Below are positions 37,743-47,457 of a stretch of 64,000 bases of DNA, piece by piece (positions within the stretch are counted from its first letter, which is position 1; each line of letters begins with the position of its first letter). Made by a program: the position numbers and the translations under genes. Source of the stretch: Candidatus Lustribacter sp. (GTDB lineage Bacteria; Vulcanimicrobiota; Vulcanimicrobiia; Vulcanimicrobiales; Vulcanimicrobiaceae); the NCBI GenBank assembly GCA_965277805.1, contig OZ255842.1:2848001-2912000 (forward strand). Direction: 5' to 3'. The notes under the pieces were generated by a model. That model was not told the DNA's origin and made no database searches. It saw only the letters and a program-made list of their open reading frames with translations.

Positions 37743-38126
37743 ATGGCAGAACACACCGCAATCCTCACCGCCGGTGCACCCGCGCCGGTCGGCCCCTACA
37801 GCCAAGCGATCCGCAGCGACGGCTTCGTCTTTTGCAGCGGTCAGGTCGGTCTCGATCCCGCGACCGGCAAGATCGTTGAGGGCGGCGTCGGCGCGCAGGC
37901 GCGGCAAGTTCTCGACAACCTCGCCGCGGTGCTCGCGAGCGCCGGCTTGACGTTCGAGTCGATCGTGAAGACCACGATCTTTCTCGTCGACATCAACGAC
38001 TTCGCCGCCGTCAATGCCGTCTACGGCGAGCGTATGGGCACGCCGCCACCGGCACGCTCCACGATCGCCGTGGCCGCGCTGCCGCTCGGTGCGCTCGTGG
38101 AAATCGAGGCCGTCGCCCGGGCCTAA
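37743..38126 (+). CDS. ridA: RidA family enamine/imine deaminase
   Basis: [29 protein letters not shown]. Confidence 0.93.
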   Translation: MAEHTAILTAGAPAPVGPYSQAIRSDGFVFCSGQVGLDPATGKIVEGGVGAQARQVLDNLAAVLASAGLTFESIVKTTIFLVDINDFAAVNAVYGERMGTPPPARSTIAVAALPLGALVEIEAVARA

Positions 38127-38202
38127 CCAACGCAAGCGGCCATTCTCGCGAAACGACAAAAATCGCCGAGGGGAACGCCGCGCCCGCGCCGGAGAGTACC
38201 TC

Positions 38203-39606
38203 ATGAGCACAACACTCAATGGTGCCGGAACGCGCACCGAATCCGACAGCATGGGCAAGATCGAGGTACCGAACGACCGGTACTACGGTGCGCAATCGGC
38301 CCGGTCGCTGATCCACTTCGACATCGGCGACGACGTGATGCCGGCCGAAGTGATCAAGGCGATGGGCACCTTGAAAAAGGCCGCCGCCCTCGTCAACCAC
38401 GACCTCGGCAAACTCGACGACGAGAAGACCAAACTGATCGTTGCGGCAGCCGACGAGGTGATCTCGGGCAAACTCGCCGGGCACTTCCCGTTGCGCGTGT
38501 GGCAAACCGGCAGCGGCACGCAAACGAACATGAACGTCAACGAAGTGATCTCGAACCGTGCGATCGAGATGGCCGGCGGCGAGATGGGTTCGAAGAAACC
38601 GATCCATCCCAACGACCACGTCAACATGTCGCAATCCTCGAACGATACGTTCCCGACGGCAATGCACATGGCCGCCGCGGCGGGCATGGTCGCGATGATT
38701 CCGCAGGTCGAAAAATTGCGCGACGCGCTCGACGAAAAAGCCGTCGCGTGGGCAAACATCGTGAAGGTCGGCCGCACGCATCTGCAAGATGCGACGCCGT
38801 TGACGCTCGGTCAGGAATTTTCGGGCTACGTCACGCAGCTCGACCGCGACGTCCAGCGCTGCCGCGAAGCGCTCGACGGTCTCTACGATCTCGCGGTCGG
38901 CGGTACGGCCGTCGGCACGGGCCTCAACGCGCATCCTGAATTCGCCGAGCGCGCCGCGCGGAAGATCGCCGAGCTCACCGGCCTGCCGTTCCGCTCGCAT
39001 CCGAACAAGTTCACGGCCCTCGCATCGCACGACGAAGTCGTGTACGCGTCGGGCGCGCTCAAGACGCTCGCCGCATCGTTGATGAAGATCGCCAACGACA
39101 TCCGCTGGCTCGGCTCGGGTCCGCGCGCCGGCATCGGCGAACTGATCCTGCCCGAGAACGAACCGGGCTCCTCGATCATGCCGGGCAAGGTCAATCCCAC
39201 GCAGTGCGAGGCGATGACGATGGTCGCCGTGCAAGTGTTCGGAAACGACCTCGCGATCTCGTTCGCGGGATCGCAGGGCAACTTCGAACTCAACGTGTTC
39301 AACCCGGTCATGATCCTCAACTTCCTGCAGTCGACGACGCTGATCCGCGACACGTGCCGTTCGTTCCGCGAACATCTGGTCGAAGAGCTGGTCCCGAATG
39401 AGCCGGTCATCGCGCGGTATCTCAAAGAATCCCTGATGCTGGTCACGGCGCTCGCCCCGCACATCGGTTACGACAAGGCCGCGGAAATCGCCAAAAAGGC
39501 CAACCACGAGAACAAAAATCTCAAAGAAACGGCGCTCGAACTCGGCTACGTCAGCTCGGACGATTTCGACAAATTTGTCGTTCCAGCCGATATGACGCAC
39601 CCATAG
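38203..39606 (+). CDS. fumC: Class II fumarate hydratase
   Basis: [48 protein letters not shown]. Confidence 0.97.
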   Translation: MSTTLNGAGTRTESDSMGKIEVPNDRYYGAQSARSLIHFDIGDDVMPAEVIKAMGTLKKAAALVNHDLGKLDDEKTKLIVAAADEVISGKLAGHFPLRVWQTGSGTQTNMNVNEVISNRAIEMAGGEMGSKKPIHPNDHVNMSQSSNDTFPTAMHMAAAAGMVAMIPQVEKLRDALDEKAVAWANIVKVGRTHLQDATPLTLGQEFSGYVTQLDRDVQRCREALDGLYDLAVGGTAVGTGLNAHPEFAERAARKIAELTGLPFRSHPNKFTALASHDEVVYASGALKTLAASLMKIANDIRWLGSGPRAGIGELILPENEPGSSIMPGKVNPTQCEAMTMVAVQVFGNDLAISFAGSQGNFELNVFNPVMILNFLQSTTLIRDTCRSFREHLVEELVPNEPVIARYLKESLMLVTALAPHIGYDKAAEIAKKANHENKNLKETALELGYVSSDDFDKFVVPADMTHP

Positions 39607-39610
39607 GGCC

Positions 39611-39638
39611 GTTACACTGCTGTAACGCTAGCGTTACA
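39611..39638. promoter_or_regulatory. Perfect 18-bp palindrome plus an extra half-site (candidate operator)
   Basis: GTTACA-ctgc-TGTAACGCTAGCGTTACA. Confidence 0.45.
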
Positions 39639-39648
39639 CGAACGATAC

Positions 39649-39689
39649 AAAAGAAGTGAGATGGTCAAGGGGGCTGCCTCACTTCTTTT
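39649..39689. terminator. Terminator-like hairpin after fumC
   Basis: AAAAGAAGTGAG-N17-CTCACTTCTTTT perfect 12-bp inverted repeat with T-rich tail. Confidence 0.55.
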
Positions 39690-39732
39690 CATTTTCGCTA
39701 GTTAGCGCTTGCCTTCTGCCGAAGGCTAGAGT

Positions 39733-41151
39733 GTGAAGACATCCGTCGACACGGTGGAGGTCATCGAACGGCCCGGCGCCGGCAGCGAATTTCGCAGCGT
39801 GACGCGCTACGGTCTCATTCTCGTCGTCGCTTCGCTCGTGATCACGCCGGTAGCAAGCATCGCACTCGGCGTTTCGTATCCGCTCCTTGCGATGCTCCTC
39901 GCCGCCTCGATCATGGCGTCGGCAATCACGGCGCTGCTGCTGCTCGTGCAAGCCCGCGCGGTTGGATCGGTGCCGACCGCGGTGCTCGGGGCCGGCTTCG
40001 CCTATGCCGCCGCGACGACGATCCCGTATGCGATGCTCTACCCCGGCATGTTTCCCGGCCTCGCCGATGCACTGCACGCAAGCTCCAGCGCCCACGGATA
40101 TCTCTGGTTCTTGTGGCAAGCCGCCTTGCTCATCGCGCTGCTCGCCTACCAATGGCTGCGTCTCGCCGAGCGCAGCGATCCGACGGCCCGGGTCCGCGGA
40201 CGCCTGGTGATTGCCGGTTTGACGTTGGCGTATATCGTGCTGACGCCGCTCGCGATTTGGCTTCCGGTATACTCGCTCACGCTCGACGACGGCAGCTGGG
40301 CCCCCACGGTGTCCTCGTTCATGATACCGGTGGTCGTGCTGCTCGCGGCGGCGGCGGTGATCGAGACGTTTCGCTCGCGGCGGCGCGCCAACGTCCTCGA
40401 CCTTTGGATGGGTATCGTCGCGTTGGGCGTGGCCGTCGAGATGTACCTCACGTTGATCGGCGGCGCGCCGTTCACGATCGGCTGGTATTGCTCCCACGCG
40501 GTGGCGCTGTTGGCGACGAGCGCGGTGCTCGCGGTGCTGCTCGTTCAGGCCGCGCACGTCTACGCCGACCTGATCGCCCGCGCCGTGGTACTCGAGGGCG
40601 AAGCGCACACCGATATTCTGAGCGGCCTGCCGAACCGGCGGCGCTTCGATGAAGAATTCGCGCGTGCGTTCGGGTCGGCGATCCGCCGTTCGAGCCCGAT
40701 CGGCGTGGCCATCATCGACATCGATCACTTCAAGAACTACAACGACGCATTCGGTCATCAGGCGGGTGACGTTGCGCTGCACCGCATCGCACAAGCGATC
40801 GCGGAATCGGTCGAACGGAGCGGCGATTTCGCCGCGCGCTACGGCGGTGAAGAGTTCGTCGTCATCCTCGAAGATACGACGCTGGCGGGCGCGGCCGGCG
40901 TCGGCGAACGGATACGCAGCGCCGTGCTCGATGCCGGCATTCCGAGCCCGAACGGCGGCTTGCTGTCGGTCAGCGTCGGCGTTGCGGCCCGCTTGCCGGG
41001 CAGCACGGGTGAGACGCTGTTGCGCCAGGCCGACGCCGCCCTCTATGATGCGAAGAACGCCGGCCGCAATCGCGTTGCGGCCTGGCGTTCACCCGAAGGC
41101 GCGCCGATCGGCAGCGCCTACGATGACGCGCCGCTAATGGACGAGCGGTAG
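39733..41151 (+). CDS. Membrane (MASE4-like) diguanylate cyclase
   Basis: About 8 TM helices; D.LSGLPNRR, DIDHFKNYND, RSGD I-site, GGEEF. Confidence 0.92.
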   Translation: MKTSVDTVEVIERPGAGSEFRSVTRYGLILVVASLVITPVASIALGVSYPLLAMLLAASIMASAITALLLLVQARAVGSVPTAVLGAGFAYAAATTIPYAMLYPGMFPGLADALHASSSAHGYLWFLWQAALLIALLAYQWLRLAERSDPTARVRGRLVIAGLTLAYIVLTPLAIWLPVYSLTLDDGSWAPTVSSFMIPVVVLLAAAAVIETFRSRRRANVLDLWMGIVALGVAVEMYLTLIGGAPFTIGWYCSHAVALLATSAVLAVLLVQAAHVYADLIARAVVLEGEAHTDILSGLPNRRRFDEEFARAFGSAIRRSSPIGVAIIDIDHFKNYNDAFGHQAGDVALHRIAQAIAESVERSGDFAARYGGEEFVVILEDTTLAGAAGVGERIRSAVLDAGIPSPNGGLLSVSVGVAARLPGSTGETLLRQADAALYDAKNAGRNRVAAWRSPEGAPIGSAYDDAPLMDER

Positions 41152-42570
41152 AACGTTAGAGGGCGTGAATGGATAGAGGCCGAGCACGAAGACTGCGGCC
41201 GCGCACACCGCGACCGTGATCCACGGCAGTCCGTTCGGCGAGCGTTCGTCGCGCACGTGCGCTTCGTCCACGCGCGTGAACATCGCGCGCACGATCTTGA
41301 AGTACACGTAGATCGAGATCGCGGTGCCGAGGATCAGCACGCCGCCGAGCCACGCGTAACCACCGCTGACGGTCGCGGCCAGGATCAGGATCTTTCCGGT
41401 GAACCCGGCCGTCGGCGGCAAGCCCGCGAGGCCGAGCAAGAAGAACGTCATCAGCGCCGCAAGCCACGGACGGCGATAGGCGAGCCCGGCGAAGCGCCCG
41501 ACGCCGACCACGGCATCCGCGTCACGCGACATCAGCGCGACGACGGCAAACGCGCCGAGGTTCATGAAGGTATACGCGGCGAGATAGAAGATCGCATAGC
41601 GCACGCCGATCGCGGTCTGGCCCGCGAACGCGGCCACGATGTACGCCACCTGCGCGATTCCGCTGTACGCCAAGAGCCGCTTCATGTCGGTTTGTGAGAG
41701 CGCGGCGAGGTTGCCGATCACCATCGAGAGCGCGGCGACCGTCCATACGGGAATGAGGATCGCGGTCGCGCTTTGCGGTCCGACGGCGGCGTAGGCAAAG
41801 CGCCCTAGCACGGCGAGCGCGCCGGCCTTCGTTACCACCGACATGAACGCGCTGACCGAGAGCGGCGCGCCTTCGAACACGTCGGGCGCCCACACGTGGA
41901 ACGGCACGAGGCTCAACTTGAACGCGATGCCGATCAGGAACAGCCCGGCGCCGAGGAACAGCAGCAAGCTGGGCTTCGCGGCCGCCAGCGCCGAGAGCGC
42001 CACCGAACCGCTCGCACCGAAGAGCAGCGCCATCCCGAAGAGCAAGAAGCCCGATGCCATCGACGAGAGGATCAGGTACTTGAGCGCAGATTCGCGCGCG
42101 GTCGCGCGCACCGAGATCGCGCACAGGCAATACAGGCCGAGCGAAAGCAGCTCGAGCCCGAGGAAGATCGTCATCAGGTTGCCGGCGCCGGTCATCAGCA
42201 TTGCGCCGCTGGCGCTCCATAGGATCAGCGCGGTCGAACCGGCGACTTGATCGTCACGCCCGACGCCGAGGCCGAGCGTGAGCGTGGCGAGCGTCGCGAT
42301 CACGATGATCATCGAGAACACCGTGCTGTAGCCGCCCTGCAAGAACGCGCCGCCGAACGCAAAGTACGAGCTCGGGTATTGCGTCCAAAGGACGGCGCCC
42401 GCAGCGATGAGACCGATCACCGCGACCGCGATCGCCAGCAGGCGGCGCGTCGCGTTCGGAACGATCAGATCGAAGAACAGCGCGACCAGCGCCGTGAGTG
42501 CCACGATCGACACCGGCAGCAACGCGCTGATGTCGGCGGCCGTCGCGAAATTAGCGGCTACGGGCAACAA
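41134..42570 (-). CDS. nuoN: NADH-quinone oxidoreductase subunit N
   Basis: ESALKY, FKLSLVPFHVWAPDV, KRLLAYS, GLPPTAGF. Confidence 0.95.
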   Translation of the reverse strand: MLPVAANFATAADISALLPVSIVALTALVALFFDLIVPNATRRLLAIAVAVIGLIAAGAVLWTQYPSSYFAFGGAFLQGGYSTVFSMIIVIATLATLTLGLGVGRDDQVAGSTALILWSASGAMLMTGAGNLMTIFLGLELLSLGLYCLCAISVRATARESALKYLILSSMASGFLLFGMALLFGASGSVALSALAAAKPSLLLFLGAGLFLIGIAFKLSLVPFHVWAPDVFEGAPLSVSAFMSVVTKAGALAVLGRFAYAAVGPQSATAILIPVWTVAALSMVIGNLAALSQTDMKRLLAYSGIAQVAYIVAAFAGQTAIGVRYAIFYLAAYTFMNLGAFAVVALMSRDADAVVGVGRFAGLAYRRPWLAALMTFFLLGLAGLPPTAGFTGKILILAATVSGGYAWLGGVLILGTAISIYVYFKIVRAMFTRVDEAHVRDERSPNGLPWITVAVCAAAVFVLGLYPFTPSNVLPLVH

Positions 42571-44020
42571 CGTTCACTCCATTTTCCAGCGAGACGGCGG
42601 CCGCGTGGGTCGTATCGGTCGCAAACGCGGCGACCGCGTGCGGATTGATTCCGAGCAGCAGCAATCCGATCACCAACGGCACGAGCGCGAAGCCTTCGTT
42701 CCAAGTGAGGTCGCGGCGTTCGGGCAGATCGGCGCGCTTGGGGCCCTGCATGATCGTTTGGAAGAGCCGCAGCATGTAACCGGCCGCAATCACGATCGGG
42801 ATCAGCGCGATCATCGCGACCCACCAGAAACCGGCCGAGTACACGCCGGTCAGGATCAGCAGCTCGCCGGCGAAACCGGCCAGACCCGGCAAACCGAGCG
42901 CGGCCAGCGCGCTGATCAGCAGCGCGCCGCTCATGCGCGGGTTGTCGAGGCAGAGGCCGCCGAGGTGCGAGAGGCTACGCGTCTCCTCGCGCTCCTCGAT
43001 GAAGCCAAGCGTGAGGAAGCCGCTGGCACTGAACAGGCCGTGCGCGATGATGTACACCGCGGCACCGGCGAGGGCGATCGGATTGAAGCTGAAGATCGCG
43101 ATCAGGATCAAGCCCAGATGCGAGAGCGAGCTATACGCCATGACGCGCTTGGCATCGTCTTCGGTGAACGCGATGAACGCGCCGTAAAGCAGCGCGATCA
43201 GTCCGAGCGCGAACATCAGCGGCGCCGCGGCGTGCATCTGTTCGCTCAGGAACGGCAAGCCGATCGCGATGAAACCGTACAAGCCCGCCTTCGACTGAAT
43301 CGCGCTGACCGATGCGACGACCGGCGGCGGAAGCTCGGCGTAGGTATCCGGCATCCAGGTGTGCAGCGGCCAGACCGGCGTCTTGATCAAGAATGCGAAC
43401 GCGAATCCGGCAAAGATCCACGGGCCCCACACGTATCCGACGCTAACCGCCGCAGCGTGCGTGCCGATGACGTCGGTCGAACCGTTGACGACGCCGAACG
43501 CCGCCGTCGCGAGCAGCAGCGTCAAACCGCCGCAGACGTTGTAGATCAGGTAGCGCCAGGCGGCAGTACCGTGCGTGCGCGGTCCGCGCGCCGGCGTGCC
43601 CCAGCCGAGCATCATCAAGAACACCGGGATCAGCATCAGATCCCAGAACAGCGCGAACAGCAGCATGTCCTTGGCCAAAAACACGCCGGTCATCGAGCCT
43701 TGCAAGATCAGCATTTGCGCGGTGAACTCGCGCTCGCGCGGAATGCGCAGCGCGACGAGGCCGCTGAACGTGATCGCCGCCAAGAGCAGCACGATCCAAT
43801 ACGAGACCGGTCCGTAGCCGAGGTGGAACGCGGCGGTAAACGGCCGCGAGAGCCACGGCAGCGATGCATCCGGGGCGTCGGGCTTGATCGCGATCAGCAG
43901 AAACGTCAGGGCTGCAACGGCCGTGCCGATGCCACGCGCCAAACCGCCGGCACCCTTCGGCAATGCGTAGAGGATGAGCCCGATGATGATCGGGCCGAGC
44001 ACCAAAACGGTGACGCTCAC
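42551..44020 (-). CDS. nuoM: NADH-quinone oxidoreductase subunit M
   Basis: IKTPVWPLHTWMPD, KRVMAYSSLSH, LPGLAGFAGE; GTGA overlap. Confidence 0.95.
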   Translation of the reverse strand: MSVTVLVLGPIIIGLILYALPKGAGGLARGIGTAVAALTFLLIAIKPDAPDASLPWLSRPFTAAFHLGYGPVSYWIVLLLAAITFSGLVALRIPREREFTAQMLILQGSMTGVFLAKDMLLFALFWDLMLIPVFLMMLGWGTPARGPRTHGTAAWRYLIYNVCGGLTLLLATAAFGVVNGSTDVIGTHAAAVSVGYVWGPWIFAGFAFAFLIKTPVWPLHTWMPDTYAELPPPVVASVSAIQSKAGLYGFIAIGLPFLSEQMHAAAPLMFALGLIALLYGAFIAFTEDDAKRVMAYSSLSHLGLILIAIFSFNPIALAGAAVYIIAHGLFSASGFLTLGFIEEREETRSLSHLGGLCLDNPRMSGALLISALAALGLPGLAGFAGELLILTGVYSAGFWWVAMIALIPIVIAAGYMLRLFQTIMQGPKRADLPERRDLTWNEGFALVPLVIGLLLLGINPHAVAAFATDTTHAAAVSLENGVNVVARSR

Positions 44021-45969
44021 TTGCCCGCTCCGATCACGACGTAGTAGATCGCAAAGCACGCCGCCCCGAAGGCCAGCGCCAGCGCGTACGCGCGGACGAG
44101 CCCGGTTTGGAAGCTGCGAAAGAGATGGCCGAGCCACTGCGCGGAGATGCTCGCCTCGCGCACGCCGGCGTCGATGACGCGCGGATCGACCACGCTCGAG
44201 AAGAACTTGCCGAGCGCAATCGACGGCCGCACGAACAGCGCATCGATGGCGGCATCGAAGTAGAACGCATTGCTGAGCGCGGCCGGCATGTGTACCGTTT
44301 CTGCGCGCAGCCGCGGTACCGCGTCGAGCAGAGCGCTCGGATTACCGTAGCGCATGTACGCGACCGTGAAGCCGGCTACGACGAGCGCGAGCACGATCAG
44401 GCTCGTCACCATCTCGGGCAACGTGCCGGCGGGCGCTTCGAAATGTCCGAAGACCGGGGTGAAGAACTGACCCCAGGCGCTGTTATCTCCGCCGAAATCG
44501 AGCCAGCCGATCAGCACCGTCGGGATCATCAGGAGCGCGACCGGCCCGCTCATGAGCCAGGCCGGAGCGTGGTGCGCGTGGCCGTGGTCGTCTTCGCCGT
44601 GATGCGCGGTTGCGGTGCCGGCGAGTTCAGGATGACGCAAACCGAGTTCGCTCGGATCGACGTTGCCGCGGTACGCGCCGAAGAACGTGACGAAAAGCAT
44701 CCGGAACATGTAATAGGCCGTGATGCCCGCCGTAATCATGCCCACGGCCCACATGATCGGATGACCGTGAGCCAGCGTTTCGGTCAGCACGGCGTCCTTA
44801 CTGAAGAATCCGCTGAAGCCGGGAACGCCGCAAATCGAGAGCACGCCGAGCAACATCGCCACGAACGCGAAGGGCATTTGCTTGCGCAAGCCGCCCATCA
44901 AGCGCACGTCCTGCTCGTCGGCCAGGTTGTGGATCACGATGCCGGCGCCGAGGAAGAGCTGGGCCTTGAAGAACGCGTGCGTGAGGAAGTGCAGGATGCC
45001 CGCGTCGTAGGCGCCGACGCCCACGCCCATGATCATGTAGCCGATCTGCGACATCGTCGAGTAGGCCAGAATTCGCTTGATGTCCCACTGGGCGCAGCCA
45101 AGCACGGCACCGGTGATCGCGGTCAGCGCGCCGATCGAACCGACAAGCATGCGCGCATCGCTCGATGCGTTCCACAACGGCGCGCAGCGCGCGATCAAGT
45201 ACACGCCGGCCGTGACCATCGTGGCGGCGTGGATCAGCGCGGAGACGGGAGTCGGGCCTTCCATCGCGTCGGGCAGCCAGGTGTGCAGCGGGACTTGCGC
45301 CGACTTCGCCGCGCAGCCGATGAACAGTCCGAGGCAGACCGCGAATAGTTCGCCCGACGAGAATTTTGAGACGTGCGAGAACACGTCGCCATAGCCGATC
45401 GCACCGATCTTCGCCACGATCACGAACACCGCGTACAGGATGCCGATGTCGCCGACGACGTTGATGACGAACGCCTTGCGCGAGGCGGCGACCGCAGATG
45501 GGCGCTCGGTGTAGTAACCGATCAGCAAGTAGGACGCGAGGCCGACGAGGCCCCAGCCGACGAGCAACCCGACGAAGTTGTCGGAGAGCACCAGCGTGAG
45601 CATCGCGAAAATGAAGAAATTCAGGTAGGCGAAGAACCGCGCGAACGCCTTGTCGCCCGCGAGGTAGCCGATCGAGTAGACGTGGATCAGGAAACCGACG
45701 CCGGTTATGATCATCGTCCAGATCAGCGCAATGCGATCCCACTGCAGGCCGAACGTGAACTGCGGCAGCCACGAAAACAGCGCTTGATGCGCGCCCGTCC
45801 CGGTCGTCGCATCGTTCCACGACGCCAGCGCCGCGAAGAACGACACGCCCACGAGCGCAGAACCGATCGGCCCAGCCATGCTCTTGAGCTGCGGCCCGAA
45901 CGCCCACAAGATCACCGCCCCGAAGAGCGGCAGCAGCCAGACAAGAAACAGCAACGGATAATCTTGCAT
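44017..45969 (-). CDS. nuoL: NADH-quinone oxidoreductase subunit L
   Basis: KSAQVPLHTWLPDAMEGPTPVSALIHAATMVTAG. Confidence 0.97.
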   Translation of the reverse strand: MQDYPLLFLVWLLPLFGAVILWAFGPQLKSMAGPIGSALVGVSFFAALASWNDATTGTGAHQALFSWLPQFTFGLQWDRIALIWTMIITGVGFLIHVYSIGYLAGDKAFARFFAYLNFFIFAMLTLVLSDNFVGLLVGWGLVGLASYLLIGYYTERPSAVAASRKAFVINVVGDIGILYAVFVIVAKIGAIGYGDVFSHVSKFSSGELFAVCLGLFIGCAAKSAQVPLHTWLPDAMEGPTPVSALIHAATMVTAGVYLIARCAPLWNASSDARMLVGSIGALTAITGAVLGCAQWDIKRILAYSTMSQIGYMIMGVGVGAYDAGILHFLTHAFFKAQLFLGAGIVIHNLADEQDVRLMGGLRKQMPFAFVAMLLGVLSICGVPGFSGFFSKDAVLTETLAHGHPIMWAVGMITAGITAYYMFRMLFVTFFGAYRGNVDPSELGLRHPELAGTATAHHGEDDHGHAHHAPAWLMSGPVALLMIPTVLIGWLDFGGDNSAWGQFFTPVFGHFEAPAGTLPEMVTSLIVLALVVAGFTVAYMRYGNPSALLDAVPRLRAETVHMPAALSNAFYFDAAIDALFVRPSIALGKFFSSVVDPRVIDAGVREASISAQWLGHLFRSFQTGLVRAYALALAFGAACFAIYYVVIGAGK

Positions 45970-45971
45970 GG

Positions 45972-46277
45972 TCAGCCCTTGAGCGTCGCAACTTCGTCGA
46001 CGTCGACGAAGGTGGTCTTGCGGAAGACGATCACGACGATGGCGAGGCCGATAGCGGCCTCCGCAGCGGCGACGGTGATCACGAGGAAAGCGAAGATGTG
46101 CCCGTCGTTATTCGCCCACGAGCGCGCGAACGTGACCAGCGCGAGGTTTGCCGAATTGAACAAGAGCTCGATCGACATCAGCTGGATGAGCGGATTGCGG
46201 CGCACGATGACGCCGACGACCCCGATGAAGAACAGGATCGCCGAGACGGTGATGTAGGCTTCGACCGGTACGTTCAT
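45972..46277 (-). CDS. nuoK: NADH-quinone oxidoreductase subunit K
   Basis: RRN..MSIEL, VAAAEAAIGL. Confidence 0.96.
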   Translation of the reverse strand: MNVPVEAYITVSAILFFIGVVGVIVRRNPLIQLMSIELLFNSANLALVTFARSWANNDGHIFAFLVITVAAAEAAIGLAIVVIVFRKTTFVDVDEVATLKG

Positions 46278-46852
46278 CGTGCGATCGGCTCCCGCGGCGG
46301 GCTGATCGGCTCGCGCGTCCGTTTGGGTGGCCGGCGTGCCGTGGGCGTTTCATCGCCCGCCAGCAGCACGACGCCGATGATCGCGACCATCAACACGAAG
46401 GCCGTGACTTCGAACGGCAGCAGGTTGCGCGTGAAGAGCGCGGTGCCGAAGTCGGCCACCGAGCCGAAAACATTCGCCTCGCCGGTGGCGCCCACGATCG
46501 CGGCCGGCGCGAACACCGTGCCGGCGACCGCTGCGACGATCGCCCCGAAGCCGATCAGGCCCAAGATCACGGCCGGCACGAGCGCCCGCGGCATGCGGTT
46601 GGGGCCCGGTTCGAACGGCTTCGTGCCGCTCGAGAGCAGCGCGATGACGAAGACGAACAGGATCAGGATCGCGCCGCTGTAGACGACGATTTGCATCACG
46701 GCCAAGAATTCCGCGTGCAGCGTGAGGTACGTGATCGCCAGCGCGATGAAATTCAAGAGCAGGCCGACGACGCTGTACACCGGCTTCTTCGCGGTTATGG
46801 TGAAGATCGCACTGCCGATCATCACCAGCGAAAGTAGAACGAAGCCGATCAC
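46274..46852 (-). CDS. nuoJ: NADH-quinone oxidoreductase subunit J
   Basis: AEFLAVMQIVVYSGAI, LPFE; GTGA overlap. Confidence 0.94.
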   Translation of the reverse strand: MIGFVLLSLVMIGSAIFTITAKKPVYSVVGLLLNFIALAITYLTLHAEFLAVMQIVVYSGAILILFVFVIALLSSGTKPFEPGPNRMPRALVPAVILGLIGFGAIVAAVAGTVFAPAAIVGATGEANVFGSVADFGTALFTRNLLPFEVTAFVLMVAIIGVVLLAGDETPTARRPPKRTREPISPPREPIAR

Positions 46853-47457
46853 CCGGCCAGCCCTCGACGCTGCTCCTTGAGGATCGTCCCGCGGTTGGTG
46901 GCTTCGTAGCCGGTGGCGATGTCGACCGTCGACTTCACGTGGCTGACCGTGCCGAGGTCCGAGGGAATGCCGTTGGGGCGCTCGTCGGGTGCAGAACCGA
47001 CGCCGGCTTCGGGCGGCACGAGCAGGCGGTCTTTGGCGTACACGAACGCGCCGCGGCGATAGTCGGCCATTTCGAAACGCGGCGTCAACACGATCGCGTC
47101 GGTCGGGCACGCTTCTTCGCACAGGCCGCAAAAGATGCAGCGCAGTTCGTCGATTTCGTAGCGCGCGGCGAAGCGTTCGCCGGGCGAATGACGGTCGGCC
47201 GGCGTGTTCTCCGCGCCGATCACGGTGATGGCGTTCGCCGGGCACGAGATCGCGCACAGCTCGCAGCCGATGCAGCGCTCTTTGCCGTCGGCGTAACGGC
47301 GCAGTTCGTGCAGTCCGTGGAAGCGCGGCGCGTGTTGCTTCTTGACCGAGGGGTACTCGATCGTCGGCTTCTTCACGAACATAAAGTGGAACGTGGTCAT
47401 GAAGCCCTTGACGAGCGCCATGACGTTGTAGAGGTTCTTCCGCTTGTCGACGCTCAT
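46849..47457 (-). CDS. nuoI: NADH-quinone oxidoreductase subunit I
   Basis: CIGCELCAISCP and CIFCGLCEEACP. Confidence 0.96.
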   Translation of the reverse strand: MSVDKRKNLYNVMALVKGFMTTFHFMFVKKPTIEYPSVKKQHAPRFHGLHELRRYADGKERCIGCELCAISCPANAITVIGAENTPADRHSPGERFAARYEIDELRCIFCGLCEEACPTDAIVLTPRFEMADYRRGAFVYAKDRLLVPPEAGVGSAPDERPNGIPSDLGTVSHVKSTVDIATGYEATNRGTILKEQRRGLAG

